Below are positions 1 to 11,051 of a stretch of 46,232 bases of DNA, in pieces. The DNA lies in the IMG/VR virus record IMGVR_UViG_2778261384_000001. One strand, given 5' to 3'. Below the pieces are notes generated by a model. That model worked only from the letters and a program-made list of their open reading frames with translations, searched no databases and was not told the DNA's origin. Each line of letters starts with the position of its first letter. Position 1 is the stretch's first letter. Origin of the DNA: a virus. Its lineage: Duplodnaviria; Heunggongvirae; Uroviricota; Caudoviricetes. The position numbers were made by a program, and so were the translations under genes.

Positions 1-1284
1 TTACAGACTTCTGGAAGGTTGCGCAGCTCTTACAACACGCGGTTGATCTTCCGCGGCGTCTTCCAGCGCACTTAAATCACGGTCTTTCACTTCTGGCATT
101 TTCAGCGCAGAGATTAAACCAATCACTGAATATGCCATGATCATAATGGCGATCGGATACCAGGATTCCGTCATGGTGCAGAAAATACCCGCCAGGATAG
201 GACCAAAACCGGAAGCGATAAGACCACCAATTTCTTTAGAAATAGCCATCCGGGTAAAGCGGTTTTTACAGCCGAACATTTCTGCCATGGTAATGTTTTC
301 CAGAGCAAATAATCCCAGCACCGCACAGTTATGAATCACAATCAGTGCAACCATAATGGTGCTCGGGGCATAGCTTTTATCTACAATGATAGAAAGCATT
401 GGCCATGCCAGCACAATCGCGGAGGTATTCATAATAATATACGGGATCCGGCGACCAATTTTATCGGATAACCAACCAAGGAACGGAATGGTCATAAAGC
501 CGAGAATCGAACTAATCATCAATGCATCTGTTGGAATTGCTTTGTTAAACAATAACGTCTGCACTAAATAGCCTGCAAGGAAAGTCTGAATTAACCCGGA
601 GTTACCCGCCTGACCAAAACGCAGCCCTGTTGCCAGCCAGAAGGATTTGCTCTGGAACATGCTACCAGCAGGTGCAGGTTTTGCTGTGGGTTGGTTGCTG
701 TCATTAACCTTCTCAAAGACCGGGCTTTCTTTCAGATTCATACGTAACCAGATAGCAAAGACCATCACGACAACGCTCGCCAGGAACGGTATACGCCATC
801 CCCACGCCAGCAGTTCCTCTTTACTGAGAATGAAGAACATAAAGGCCCAGATTGCCGTTGCGCTCAAGGTTCCGCAGTTAGTTCCCATAGCTACAAATGA
901 GGAGATAATTCCGCGCTTACCTTTTGGTGCATATTCCGCCAGCATCGTACCGGCACCGGAAATTTCCGCACCTGCACCCAACCCCTGAATAATACGCAGC
1001 GTCACCAGCAAGATGGGGGCAAAAACACCAATCTGTGCATAGGTCGGTAACACACCAATTAAGGTGGTACAGATCCCCATCATGGTGATGGTAATAAAGA
1101 GCACTTTTTTACGCCCTATTCTGTCGCCCATTTTGCCGAAAATAAATGCTCCGACAATACGCGCCACATAACCTGCACCGTAGGTTCCCATTGCCAAAAT
1201 TAACGCCATTGCCGTTGATGATTCAGGAAAAAATATTTCATGAAACACTAACGCTGCGCCGAGCGAATATAACTGGAAATCCAT
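1..1284 (-). CDS. ydfJ: MFS transporter YdfJ (ProP/ShiA-like); 427-aa ORF that appears to begin inside the first transmembrane helix, so probably the C-terminal part of a gene split by the prophage
   Basis: ORF track 427 aa; MFS motif GKMGDRIGRKK after first helix; multiple hydrophobic helices; ATG at 1284..1282. Confidence 0.75.
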   Translation of the reverse strand: MDFQLYSLGAALVFHEIFFPESSTAMALILAMGTYGAGYVARIVGAFIFGKMGDRIGRKKVLFITITMMGICTTLIGVLPTYAQIGVFAPILLVTLRIIQGLGAGAEISGAGTMLAEYAPKGKRGIISSFVAMGTNCGTLSATAIWAFMFFILSKEELLAWGWRIPFLASVVVMVFAIWLRMNLKESPVFEKVNDSNQPTAKPAPAGSMFQSKSFWLATGLRFGQAGNSGLIQTFLAGYLVQTLLFNKAIPTDALMISSILGFMTIPFLGWLSDKIGRRIPYIIMNTSAIVLAWPMLSIIVDKSYAPSTIMVALIVIHNCAVLGLFALENITMAEMFGCKNRFTRMAISKEIGGLIASGFGPILAGIFCTMTESWYPIAIMIMAYSVIGLISALKMPEVKDRDLSALEDAAEDQPRVVRAAQPSRSL

Positions 1285-2069
1285 AATTCACAGGTGTTTT
1301 TTCCCATCCTGTGGTTTCCTTGGCGTTTTCTAGGTTTTTTCAGATAGTTGCATTTTTTAAAAAGCATCCTAAGTTCGATCTCAGTGTCTATCTGGGGCCT
1401 ATTTCTGTCCCATATATGCCCCAAAAAAACTCCCCAACAGATAAGTAGTTTTTTCATGGATTTATGCGTAAAATCAAGAACGGCTGGAAATCATTCAATA
1501 CTCACACTATCGAAAAATTTACCAGCCAACCGCAGCACGTTCTTGCATAAGGCGTGTCTGCGGTTTTTCAACTATTCAGATACATCACTCCCATCACATT
1601 CATTCCTCCGCATCAAAGGCATATAGGCTATATCACCTTGATATTTTTCTTTTTCAGATAAAAACTGTTATCTATGTATACTTTTAAACCCAATCCGTGT
1701 AGAGTCTCTGCATAAGATAGTTTGCAGTTGCCGCTTCAGCTTGCGCCATAAACCGCCTGATTTTTGCTGCCACCTGTTAGCATTCCTGTATACCTGAAAC
1801 GACAATGTTTATCTACGAACTTTAAGAACACCCAAGATAAAAATTGTCAACTATATCATATATAACACATTACTAATTCGAGGCTATATGAACAGCATAC
1901 TGATAATCACTTCTCTCCTTATCATATTCAGCATTTTTAGTCATGCCCTAATAAAATTAGGGATTGGCATATCCAATAACCCAGACAAAACCGATGTATA
2001 AGTCAACATATCCTGAATCAGACATACAATATCGCAATGAAAATCAATAATATTTTAAGGAATATCTTC

Positions 2070-2303
2070 ATGAAATCAAAAGACACCCTAAAGTGGTTCC
2101 CTGCGCAGCTTCCTGAAGTAAGAATTATCCTAGGGGATGCTGTAGTGGAAGTAGCAAAACAGGGAAGACCTATCAATACCAGAACATTGCTTGATTACAT
2201 TGAAGGAAACATAAAGAAAAAATCATGGCTGGATAACAAAGAATTATTACAAACAGCGATATCAGTTCTTAAAGACAACCAAAATTTAAATGGTAAAATG
2301 TAA
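2070..2303 (+). CDS. ydfK: small prophage cold-shock-induced protein YdfK/YnaE family (77 aa)
   Basis: Protein MKSKDTLKWFPAQLPEVRIILGD... recognised; ATG 2070 with AAGGAA RBS; the ORF-track start at 2037 is probably upstream of the real start. Confidence 0.75.
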   Translation: MKSKDTLKWFPAQLPEVRIILGDAVVEVAKQGRPINTRTLLDYIEGNIKKKSWLDNKELLQTAISVLKDNQNLNGKM

Positions 2304-2619
2304 TATAATAAACTTACTTTTTTATCATTTTTCCACTTTAACAACATTTTGCTCCACTTTTCCACGATCAAACAACTTGAAATCTGGTTAAAATAACACG
2401 CAACACTATTCTTCTTCCTTGAGTCCGCCCGGAACTCGAAAAACAAACCGAGTTAAAGCCATTTTTCACAAAATCGATTTTGGGTCTCACCAAAATTACG
2501 GGGTTGCATACGCATTCGTTTATTTTCGAACGTGTACATACAAATATGCACAAAAATAATCAAAATTATTTTCTGAGATGCATTATGATATGAACACCAA
2601 TTTCGTATAGAGTCTCACT

Positions 2620-3210
2620 ATGTCTCGAATTTTTGCTTACTGTCGGATATCAACGCTGGATCAGACCATCGAAAATCAACGCCGGGAAATCGAAAGTGCA
2701 GGTTTTAAAATCAAACCTCAGCAAATAATCGAAGAACACATTAGCGGCTCAGCAGCAACCAGTGAGCGTCCTGGTTTTAACCGGTTGCTTGCTCGCCTGA
2801 AATGTGGTGATCAATTGATTGTGACAAAACTGGATCGCCTTGGTTGTAATGCAATGGATATCAGGAAAACAGTGGAACAACTGACCGAAACAGGTATCAG
2901 AGTGCATTGCTTAGCATTGGGGGGCATTGACCTGACCAGTCCAACAGGAAAAATGATGATGCACGTAATTTCAGCAGTCGCTGAATTTGAACGAGACCTT
3001 TTACTTGAACGCACTCATTCCGGGATAGTAAGAGCCCGCGGCGCAGGGAAACGTTTTGGTCGACCACCTGTGTTAAATGAAGAACAGAAACAGGTGGTAT
3101 TCGAACGAATTAAGTCAGGTGTAAGTATAAGTGCCATTGCCCGGGAATTCAAAACCTCGCGGCAAACCATTTTAAGAGCCAAAGCAAAACTTCAGACACC
3201 TGACATATAA
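2620..3210 (+). CDS. pinQ: serine recombinase, Pin/Gin/Hin-family DNA invertase (196 aa)
   Basis: N-terminal resolvase catalytic motif (YCRISTLDQ), C-terminal HTH; position next to tail fibre genes. Confidence 0.9.
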   Translation: MSRIFAYCRISTLDQTIENQRREIESAGFKIKPQQIIEEHISGSAATSERPGFNRLLARLKCGDQLIVTKLDRLGCNAMDIRKTVEQLTETGIRVHCLALGGIDLTSPTGKMMMHVISAVAEFERDLLLERTHSGIVRARGAGKRFGRPPVLNEEQKQVVFERIKSGVSISAIAREFKTSRQTILRAKAKLQTPDI

Positions 3211-3307
3211 AAAATAATCTCGGTGTGAGATGCTTTACGTCTTCCAAGCCCCCTTCCTTGCCGTAAATGGAAAGATACATCTAATTATAGAATTTATATG
3301 TTTTACC

Positions 3308-3883
3308 CTACGGCAGTGCTGGCCATTCAATATCCTGTGCAGTTGACGTATCAACACGGTTCAGCAACACCCGATACTTTTTCCAGGCTTCCAGCAATGA
3401 GGTTTCTTCCTCCGTTGCGATTTCCAGATCTACAGCATCCTGAAGTGGCGCAATATGCTCACTGGCTACCTGCATCAGGCTGTTTTTTGTTTCTTCCGCC
3501 TCTCGGATCCGGAACAGTTTTTCTGCTTCTGCATCTTTCACCCAGGCTGTGCCGTTCCACTTCTGAAACTCCCCTTCCGGCGATAACCAGGTAACATTTT
3601 CCGGTAACGGACCGAGTTCAGAAATAAATAACGCGTCCCCTGACGCTACGTCATAAACCGTTTTACCCCGATGGTCTTCAACGAGATGCCACGATGCCTT
3701 ATCACTGTTGAAAACAGCCACAAAGCCAGCAGGATTATCTGGTGGTGCAATATCGGTACTGTTTGCTGGCAGACCTGTATGAGGCGGAATATATGCGTCA
3801 CCTTCACCAATAAATTCATTAGTTCCGGCCAGCAGATTATAAATTTTTATGGTCCGTGGTTGTTCACTCATTCTGAATGCCAT
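3308..3883 (-). CDS. tail fibre assembly protein (Tfa, 191 aa)
   Basis: Protein [20 protein letters not shown]... matches Tfa family; immediately downstream of side tail fibre gene; start overlaps stf stop. Confidence 0.85.
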   Translation of the reverse strand: MAFRMSEQPRTIKIYNLLAGTNEFIGEGDAYIPPHTGLPANSTDIAPPDNPAGFVAVFNSDKASWHLVEDHRGKTVYDVASGDALFISELGPLPENVTWLSPEGEFQKWNGTAWVKDAEAEKLFRIREAEETKNSLMQVASEHIAPLQDAVDLEIATEEETSLLEAWKKYRVLLNRVDTSTAQDIEWPALP

Positions 3884-6843
3884 TATGCAAGCCTCACAAT
3901 ATAGTTAAATGCGATGTTTTTGACGGTGTTTTCCGCGTTACCAGCAGCGTTAACGGTGATGGTGTGTCCATGTGAACCAATCGCAACGGAGTGCGTATGA
4001 GCACCAATACCGACAGTATGCGCGTGTGCACCTGCAGATGCTGCTGTGCCGGACAGTGAATGGCTATGATTACCATCTGTACTGGTATTCGCTAACCACC
4101 CCGTAGACATACCTACTGAGCCTTGTACACCCCAGGTATTTTGACCTGAGCTTGTATAACCATATTGATAAGTATCTTTAAAAACACTGGGGTTAAATCG
4201 ACGGCCATCTCTATGGCTGTGATTACCAGCTGCATTCGTGCTGCCACTTAAACTATGGGTATGCGCACCAGTGTTATTCGTGGATTTAGTGCCGTAATCA
4301 AACGACGATGTGGTTTTCGTCCCCAAATCCGTACTGGATGCGCTGGCGCTGTGGGTATGCGATTTAATGCCGTCCTGTTCCTGAGACAATACGGCCCGAC
4401 CACTGGCAGGTTTGCCCTTAATCGTCCAGCCACGCATATCAGGGATCACGCCTGACGGATAAGCGGCTGCAAGTTTCGGGTATGCAGATTTGTCAAAAGT
4501 CTGCCCCTGCATCAGGGCATAGCCAGACGGAACGGTATCTGATGGCCACGGGATTGGTGCGCCAGGCGGATAAAACTGCTCTGATGGCGTATAGAGTGAA
4601 TAAACTGTACCGTCCGTTAACCCTTCCGGCTTATTAGCAGAATATGCTGGTGACGTATGAATCGTCACGCTGGCATTACTGGTATAATCCCATTGAATAT
4701 TTACACCAGTCGCATAATTTCCGATTGCAACGTAAATATCGTAAGTATCACCAGATGTATTGACCCAGGCAAAATTTGTAAACCCTGTCGATGTGCGCTG
4801 CCATAAAGCACCAGTAATCCCCTTCGGATTACCATTACCTGCACGTAAAACAAGTTCAGATATACCTGCCTGTTGAGGTGACCCCACGTTAAATCCAGCG
4901 CCACCAATCAACGTAATTGAAACAACAGAACTCGCCTGTGGCATGGTTACCGTTGCTAATTTGAACCAACCAGCACCACCGCTGAATGACATTGTTGTTG
5001 AGTTAAGCGTACCAATATCTTTCGGCGTCAGTGTTATATCCGCTGAAAGCGCCTTACCATTCACCTTACGGGCAGAAGGTACCCGACCATTCGCATTGTC
5101 ATTAGCTGCTTTCACTGCTTTCGGTGTCGCAGCAAGCGTTTCAGATGTGCTGTTGGTTGCACTACTGAGCTGGACAATTCCTTTTTGTGCTGTCGTAGCG
5201 TCCTGTGCGGTGTATTTCCCGTTAGCCAGGTCATACGCGGCCTTAACGGCTTTTGGCGTTGCCGCCTGTGACTCGGAAGTGCTGTTAGTCGCACTGCTGA
5301 GCTGAACTATCCCTTTCTGTGCTGTCGTTGCATCCTGTGCGGTGTATTTCCCGTTAGCCAGGTCATACGCGGCCTTAACGGCTTTTGGCGTTGCCGCCTG
5401 TGACTCGGAAGTGCTGTTGGTCGCACTGCTGAGCTGTACTATCCCCTTTTTCGTCGTGCTCGCATCCTCAAGCGCCACGGCGGATGCAATATCCTCTGCC
5501 CGTTTTGCTGCTGTCTCGGCGCGCGTTGCCGCGGATTCCGCCGTACTTTTGCTCTGTGCTGCCGCTGCCGCACTGCCAGCAGCCTCTGTCGCCTTCGTGG
5601 ATGCCGTCGTGGCGCTGCCCCTCGCTGCTGACGCCTGTCTGGTCGCCTCATCTTTTGAAGCAGACGCAGATGATGCCGATGACGCCGCCGAACTGGCGGA
5701 CGATGCGGCAGCCGTTTTTGAGGATTCTGCGCTGGTTTCCGACGCTTTCGCGTTCGTTTCGGATGTCTTCGCTGCGGAAGCAGACCTCGCTGCTGCGCTG
5801 GCCTGTTCAGTGGCTTCGCCAGCCTTCGTTGTGGCTGTTGAAGCGGATGATGCGGCGCTTTCTGCCGATTTTCCGGCGGCGGTGGCACTGACTGCTGCCT
5901 CCTCTGCCTTAATGGACGCCTCACGGGCCGATGATGCAGCTGCTGTCTCAGAGTCTGCCGCAGCTGAGGCGCTCTGTTCCGCTGCCGTTTCAGAAGACCT
6001 GGCATTCGTCTCGGACGTTTTTGCCGCCTTCACGGAATTTCCTGCCGCCGTTGCCGAGGAGGCTGCACTGCTGGCGCTTGTGGAGGCGTTCGTTTCTGAT
6101 GATTTTGCCGCCTCTTTGGAGGCCGCCGCATCTCTGGCTGAAGTGGCGGCTTCTGACGCTTTCGTCGTCGCAGTGGATGCAGAAGTGGCTGCTGATTTTT
6201 GTGACGCTGCAGCATTCGTTTCTGACGTTTTCGCCGCACCGGCACTGGTGGCCGCCGCGCTTTTTGAGGACTCTGCAGCGGCAGCACTTTTTGATGCTTC
6301 AGTGGCCTTTGTTGATGCCGTTCCTGCGCTGGAAGACGCCTCCTGAGCCGAAGTCGCGGCCTGTCCGGCTGACGTGCTGGCTGCACGCGCTGAGCCTGCA
6401 GCATCAGTCGCATGGGTTGCCGCCTCACGGGCAGATGTGCCGGCATCACTGGCTGACTTCTTCGCGGCTGCCGTGTTCTGTGCCACCGCGGACGCGTTAC
6501 GCGCCACCTCTTCCACCATCAGTTCAAAACGGCGCAGAGCCTCCGGACGGGCATCATCCTCCGTCATGGCACCGAGAAAATCATTCAGCGTACCGGGTCG
6601 GGAATCTTCATACACGGTGATGGTCCCGGCATGTGACGGCGGGAATCCTTCCACCAACAGAATAACGCTGTACTGACCGTACTCAACGTCCATGCTGTAA
6701 CGCCCGGCTTCATCCGGATTTTCTGAGGCCAGCGTGTTCACCACCACCGTGGTGCTGTTACGTTTTGCTTTCAGCTGGATTGTGCAGTTCTGTACCGGTT
6801 TTCCTGTGCCGTCTTTCAGTACACCTGAAATCTTTACTGCCAT
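3883..6843 (-). CDS. stf: side tail fibre protein (Stf-like, about 986 aa) with Ala/Ser-rich shaft, 44-aa tandem repeats and His-rich C-terminal domain
   Basis: N-terminus [19 protein letters not shown]... lambda Stf-like; ATG at 6843 (ORF-track start 6849 is GTG). Confidence 0.85.
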   Translation of the reverse strand: MAVKISGVLKDGTGKPVQNCTIQLKAKRNSTTVVVNTLASENPDEAGRYSMDVEYGQYSVILLVEGFPPSHAGTITVYEDSRPGTLNDFLGAMTEDDARPEALRRFELMVEEVARNASAVAQNTAAAKKSASDAGTSAREAATHATDAAGSARAASTSAGQAATSAQEASSSAGTASTKATEASKSAAAAESSKSAAATSAGAAKTSETNAAASQKSAATSASTATTKASEAATSARDAAASKEAAKSSETNASTSASSAASSATAAGNSVKAAKTSETNARSSETAAEQSASAAADSETAAASSAREASIKAEEAAVSATAAGKSAESAASSASTATTKAGEATEQASAAARSASAAKTSETNAKASETSAESSKTAAASSASSAASSASSASASKDEATRQASAARGSATTASTKATEAAGSAAAAAQSKSTAESAATRAETAAKRAEDIASAVALEDASTTKKGIVQLSSATNSTSESQAATPKAVKAAYDLANGKYTAQDATTAQKGIVQLSSATNSTSESQAATPKAVKAAYDLANGKYTAQDATTAQKGIVQLSSATNSTSETLAATPKAVKAANDNANGRVPSARKVNGKALSADITLTPKDIGTLNSTTMSFSGGAGWFKLATVTMPQASSVVSITLIGGAGFNVGSPQQAGISELVLRAGNGNPKGITGALWQRTSTGFTNFAWVNTSGDTYDIYVAIGNYATGVNIQWDYTSNASVTIHTSPAYSANKPEGLTDGTVYSLYTPSEQFYPPGAPIPWPSDTVPSGYALMQGQTFDKSAYPKLAAAYPSGVIPDMRGWTIKGKPASGRAVLSQEQDGIKSHTHSASASSTDLGTKTTSSFDYGTKSTNNTGAHTHSLSGSTNAAGNHSHRDGRRFNPSVFKDTYQYGYTSSGQNTWGVQGSVGMSTGWLANTSTDGNHSHSLSGTAASAGAHAHTVGIGAHTHSVAIGSHGHTITVNAAGNAENTVKNIAFNYIVRLA
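5070..5465. repeat. in-frame tandem direct repeats, 132-bp period (two near-identical copies 5201-5464 plus a diverged copy upstream) inside stf
   Basis: tcctgtgcggtgtatttcccgttagccaggtcatacgcggcc... recurs at 5201 and 5333; encodes repeated [42 protein letters not shown]. Confidence 0.8.
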
Positions 6844-6852
6844 ATTCACCCC

Positions 6853-6881
6853 ACAAAAAAGCCCGCCTGAACCGGCGGGCT
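6853..6881 (-). terminator. rho-independent terminator-like hairpin between lom and stf (minus strand)
   Basis: 8-bp GC-rich stem agcccgcc/ggcgggct with 6-nt loop, followed on minus strand by TTTTTGT. Confidence 0.5.
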
Positions 6882-6907
6882 GTCATAACACTGTGTTACC
6901 TGGCTAA

Positions 6908-7507
6908 TCAGAATTTATAACCGACACCCACGATGAAACCGTCAGTGCGCCAGTCGCCACTGCCGGAGCCTTCATAAGCAATATCAATGGCCACGGATTC
7001 GGTCGGGTTAAACTGCACGCCAGCTCCCCACGCCAGAGACGTGTTGCTGTGGCGACCGTCATCACTTCCGGTCAGCACGTCGTGCGTTTTCCCCTTGTTG
7101 TCAGTTACGCGGAGATAATCCCCGGAGAAAGTCGACACACGGCTGTAAGCCACACCCGCCATCGCATACGCGCTGAACCATTCATTCACGCGCACAGACG
7201 GCCCCGCCATTACGCTGAACCAGCGGTTACGAACGGAATCTTCATGCCAGCGGGTATCGCTGTAATGGGTCAGCTGGCGATTCTTGTCTCCTGCATAGCT
7301 GAATGACGTCACCAGCCCCAGCGTATCCGTAAACTCATAACGGTATTTCACGTTAATCCCGTTCAGATCATCACTGCCGGGAACGTTGGTCCGGGCATGA
7401 AGATACCCCGCGCTCAGCGTGGACTGATGTTCAGACGCCCATGCAGGCGCACCGGATACGGCCAGACAAATGGCTGCGGACAAAATGGCGGCACAAACTT
7501 TACGCAT
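6908..7507 (-). CDS. lom: Lom/Ail-family outer membrane beta-barrel protein (199 aa)
   Basis: Signal peptide MRKVCAAILSAAICLAVSGAPAWA; ends in aromatic YKF; lambda lom position between J and stf. Confidence 0.85.
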   Translation of the reverse strand: MRKVCAAILSAAICLAVSGAPAWASEHQSTLSAGYLHARTNVPGSDDLNGINVKYRYEFTDTLGLVTSFSYAGDKNRQLTHYSDTRWHEDSVRNRWFSVMAGPSVRVNEWFSAYAMAGVAYSRVSTFSGDYLRVTDNKGKTHDVLTGSDDGRHSNTSLAWGAGVQFNPTESVAIDIAYEGSGSGDWRTDGFIVGVGYKF

Positions 7508-7577
7508 AATTACCTCTCGCTTTTCTGCAATAAAAAAGGCGTCATTCCTGACGCCATTTATTGGGGTTATAAATATT

Positions 7578-10500
7578 TCAACGAATACTGATGCCGGAAG
7601 CCGCTTTTTTGGTCACAATCACCGTACAGTCGGTGATATTGCCTGCCCCCTGATTGCCTTTCTGGAAAATCTTAAACTCCAGAGTGACGCTACCACCACC
7701 ACTAGGCATATCAATAACTGCACTGTAACTACCGGGAATGGCCCCTTTAGTTTCTCTGGATGCGATTAATACGCCGTTTTTGCGAACTTCAAAACCATAA
7801 CCCGTGTATCTTGTACCTCCCGGGTTATTTCCGCTCCCCGGATCGTCATACGCTATACCGTTAAAAATAATGGGCGGAATAATAATCTGGCGGTCAAAGT
7901 TATGATCATCGCTGATGGTGACTGTAACCGTACCGTTTGGTGTTTCCGTGTTACCCCACGTACCGACTTTTTTCGGGAAGGCTTTTGATACAGCTTTAAC
8001 GAAATCCCCTCTGACCTGGGTCGCCTCCAGCATGCCCTTAATCGTACAGTTCTGGTTAATCGTGACATTGTTGAGCGTTCCTGAGTTCGCATTCACACTA
8101 CCACTGATATCCGCATTTTTAGCGGTCAGCTTTCCGTCTGATGTCAGGGAAAATACCGGAGGACTGCCACCGCTGGTAATGGCGGGGGCTGTCAGGCGCT
8201 TCAGGAACACGTCGTTCATGAATATCTGGTTGCCCTGCGCCACAAACATCGGCGTTTCATTCCCGTTTGCCGGGTCAATAAACGCGATACGGTTAGCGGC
8301 AACCAGAAACTGGCTCAGTTTGCCTTCCTCCGTGTCCTCCATGCTGAGGCCAATACCCGCGACATAATGTTTGCCGTCTTTGGTCTGCTCAATTTTGACG
8401 CCCCACATGGCATTCCATTTATCGTTAGCGTCCTGCCACTCTTTCGAAAACTCATCCAGTCTGCTGGCGTTATCCTCCGTCAGATCAACTTTTTCCAGCA
8501 GCTCCTTGCCGAGATGGGATTCGGTTATCTGGCCTTTGAAAAAATCCAGGTAACCTTCCGCATCATCGCTCGCCCGACCGACGGCCTCCACGAATGCCGA
8601 TTTGCCAACGGTGTTCACACTGCGGATATAAAAGTAATAATCATGGCCCGGTTTGATATTGATACTGGCGGCTATCCAGTACAGCGCCGTACCAAGATAG
8701 CGGGCTGTGGTTTCTACCTGCCTGATATCGGTAATCCGCGTTTCCGAGAACCAGAACTCAAACTGTACCGTCGGGTCATAAACGGCAAGATGTGGCGTGG
8801 CGGTTATCTGAAAATAGCCCGGCGTCAGCTCAATCCGCGACGGCACTGCAGGTGCGGCAATCCGGAACGATACCGATGCCGGATCGCCCTGCTGCCCCCG
8901 GGCATTTACCGCCCGGACTGTCAGCCTGTAGTTCCCCAGCGCCAGTTGTGTGAAGCGGTATGTGGTTTCCGCCGTCCGGGCTGTGCTGACCAGCCGCTCA
9001 CTGCCGTCATCCGCTGCCACGGTCAGGCGAAGCATGAAACTCACGCCCTTCACCACCTTCGGCGTATCCCAGCGGGCCAGTACCTGATACTCCCCGCTGT
9101 CTGCGGTAACTTCGGCAGTCAGGTGCTGCACTGCTGGCGGCGTGACACCATTCACCGTGCCGCTCTGGTCGCCGTCAAAGTGCGCCCCGTTATCCACGAT
9201 GGCTTCTTTTTCCGGTACATGCTGCACGGCGGTGATGGCATACGTGCCGTCGTCGTTCTCACGGATACTCACGCAGCGGAACAGGCGCTGGCGCAGCGTC
9301 GGCAACTTCAGCCCCCACACACTGTATTCTGCAACGCCGTCAGGAACCCGGTTCACTTTCACCTTAAGTCCGTCGGTGACGGACTGGACCTCCACGCTGA
9401 CCGGATTACCACTTCCGTCAACCAGGCTTATCAGCGTGGTACCGGAGGATGGCAGCGTGATTTCACGGTCGAGCGTCAGCGTCCGGGTCTGGCTGTTCAC
9501 CGCCAGCACGCGACCACCGGTGCTGATACCGGCATAGTCATCATCGCAGATTTCAATGACATCGCCCGGTACATGGCGAAGCCCTTCAGCACCCACGCTG
9601 AAATCCACGGTCTGCGTCTCCAGCAGTTCCGTTTTAATCAGCCACAGCCCGGCGCGGTGTGCCTGCCCCCGGCTGGTACAGCCAAAGGCATCCATCTTCG
9701 TGACATTACGACCGTAACGGGCAATGGCCTGCGTATCTTCAACAAGCTCTGTCGCCGTCTCCCAGCCGTTGTCCGGGTCAATCCAGTTCACCTCAACGGC
9801 ATTATGGCGGTCCTTCAGGGCGCTGAAGCTGTAGCGGAACGGCGCGCCATCATCCGGCATCACCACATTACTGCGGTTATAGGTCCACACCTTATCCGAC
9901 GGTCGGTCCTGCACGAACGTCAGCGTCTGCCCGTTCCATACCGGCATACAGCGCATCGCCGAGCAGAAATCACTGAGCACATCCCACGCCTTGCGCTGTG
10001 TGGTCAGGTACGCATTACAGGTGATGCGCGGCTCCGTGCCGCCAAAGCCGTCCGGCACTGACTGGTCGCAGTACTGGCCGATGACATACAGCGCCCATTT
10101 GTCCACATCCGCCGCACCAAGACGTTTCCCCATGCCGTAGCGTGGATGGGTCAGCATATCCCACAGACACCAGGCCATGTTATTGCTGTATGCCGGTTTT
10201 AACGTTCCGTCCCAGATACCGCTGTATTGCCGCGTCTGCGGGTTATAGTTCGACGGCACCTGCAGAATGCGCCCGCGAAGATGATAATTACGGCTCACCT
10301 GCTGGCTGCCGAACTGCTCCGAATCCACCTGTACGCCGACCAGTGCCGTATTCGGGTAGCACTGTTTCACATCGATGATTTCGGTGTATGACGACCAGAG
10401 CGTTTTGTTCTGCAGCTGGTCTGTGGTGCTGTCCGGCGTCATCCTGCGCATCCGGATACTGAACGGGCGCGGCGGCAGGTTATCCACCACCACCGAGGCC

Positions 10501-10991
10501 AGATACTGCGAGGTGGTTTTGCCCTTAATGGTGATGTCTTTTTCCGTCACCCAGCCACCATTACGCTGTATCTGAACCAGCAGGCGAACTTCCGACGGAT
10601 TCCGGTCCCCCTTTGAGGTGGTTTCCACCAGTGCCTGCACACCGAAGGTAAAGCGCAGTCGGTCAATGTTTGCCGACGTGATGGTCCGGGTGATCGGCGT
10701 GTCGTATTTCACTTCCGTACCCAGCACCGTCTCGGAGCCGGAGGATTCAAATCCCTCCGGCGGTGTCTGCTCCTGCTCACCGGCCCGGAACACCACCGTG
10801 ACGCCGGAGATGTTGGTATTCCCCTCACTGTCCAGCACCGGCGTACTGTTCAGCAGCACGCTTTTTAATCCATCCACCGGACCTTCAATCGGCCCTTCGC
10901 TGATGGCATCGATCACACTCAGCAACTGCGTGGACTTCAGGTTGTCCTTCGTTTCGCGCGGAGTATGCCCCTTACTGCTGCCTTTACCCAT
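7578..10991 (-). CDS. J: tail tip / host specificity protein J (1137 aa)
   Basis: Size and position as lambda J; N-terminus [26 protein letters not shown]... Confidence 0.9.
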   Translation of the reverse strand: MGKGSSKGHTPRETKDNLKSTQLLSVIDAISEGPIEGPVDGLKSVLLNSTPVLDSEGNTNISGVTVVFRAGEQEQTPPEGFESSGSETVLGTEVKYDTPITRTITSANIDRLRFTFGVQALVETTSKGDRNPSEVRLLVQIQRNGGWVTEKDITIKGKTTSQYLASVVVDNLPPRPFSIRMRRMTPDSTTDQLQNKTLWSSYTEIIDVKQCYPNTALVGVQVDSEQFGSQQVSRNYHLRGRILQVPSNYNPQTRQYSGIWDGTLKPAYSNNMAWCLWDMLTHPRYGMGKRLGAADVDKWALYVIGQYCDQSVPDGFGGTEPRITCNAYLTTQRKAWDVLSDFCSAMRCMPVWNGQTLTFVQDRPSDKVWTYNRSNVVMPDDGAPFRYSFSALKDRHNAVEVNWIDPDNGWETATELVEDTQAIARYGRNVTKMDAFGCTSRGQAHRAGLWLIKTELLETQTVDFSVGAEGLRHVPGDVIEICDDDYAGISTGGRVLAVNSQTRTLTLDREITLPSSGTTLISLVDGSGNPVSVEVQSVTDGLKVKVNRVPDGVAEYSVWGLKLPTLRQRLFRCVSIRENDDGTYAITAVQHVPEKEAIVDNGAHFDGDQSGTVNGVTPPAVQHLTAEVTADSGEYQVLARWDTPKVVKGVSFMLRLTVAADDGSERLVSTARTAETTYRFTQLALGNYRLTVRAVNARGQQGDPASVSFRIAAPAVPSRIELTPGYFQITATPHLAVYDPTVQFEFWFSETRITDIRQVETTARYLGTALYWIAASINIKPGHDYYFYIRSVNTVGKSAFVEAVGRASDDAEGYLDFFKGQITESHLGKELLEKVDLTEDNASRLDEFSKEWQDANDKWNAMWGVKIEQTKDGKHYVAGIGLSMEDTEEGKLSQFLVAANRIAFIDPANGNETPMFVAQGNQIFMNDVFLKRLTAPAITSGGSPPVFSLTSDGKLTAKNADISGSVNANSGTLNNVTINQNCTIKGMLEATQVRGDFVKAVSKAFPKKVGTWGNTETPNGTVTVTISDDHNFDRQIIIPPIIFNGIAYDDPGSGNNPGGTRYTGYGFEVRKNGVLIASRETKGAIPGSYSAVIDMPSGGGSVTLEFKIFQKGNQGAGNITDCTVIVTKKAASGISIR

Positions 10992-11051
10992 TCCTCACGC
11001 TCCATAAACGACAAAACCGCCCGGAAGCGGTTTCACATAAAACGTTTTTCA

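Noticed and set aside
3211-3307. Imperfect palindrome CTTCCTTGCCGTAAATGGAAAG between pin and tfa as a second invertase crossover site
   Set aside because: Arms do not match each other or the upstream gix-like site well enough; left as unresolved.
5342-6620. Long Ala-rich or Pro/Arg/Gln-rich ORFs in alternative frames within stf
   Set aside because: Artefacts of the GC-rich repetitive Ala/Ser-coding shaft of the tail fibre gene; the true gene is the 986-aa minus-strand frame.
8367-10061. 564-aa plus-strand ORF (and several other 60-150 aa ORFs) antisense to gene J
   Set aside because: Lies wholly inside the well-supported J gene on the opposite strand; composition is Arg/His/Cys-rich mirror-frame noise with no RBS.
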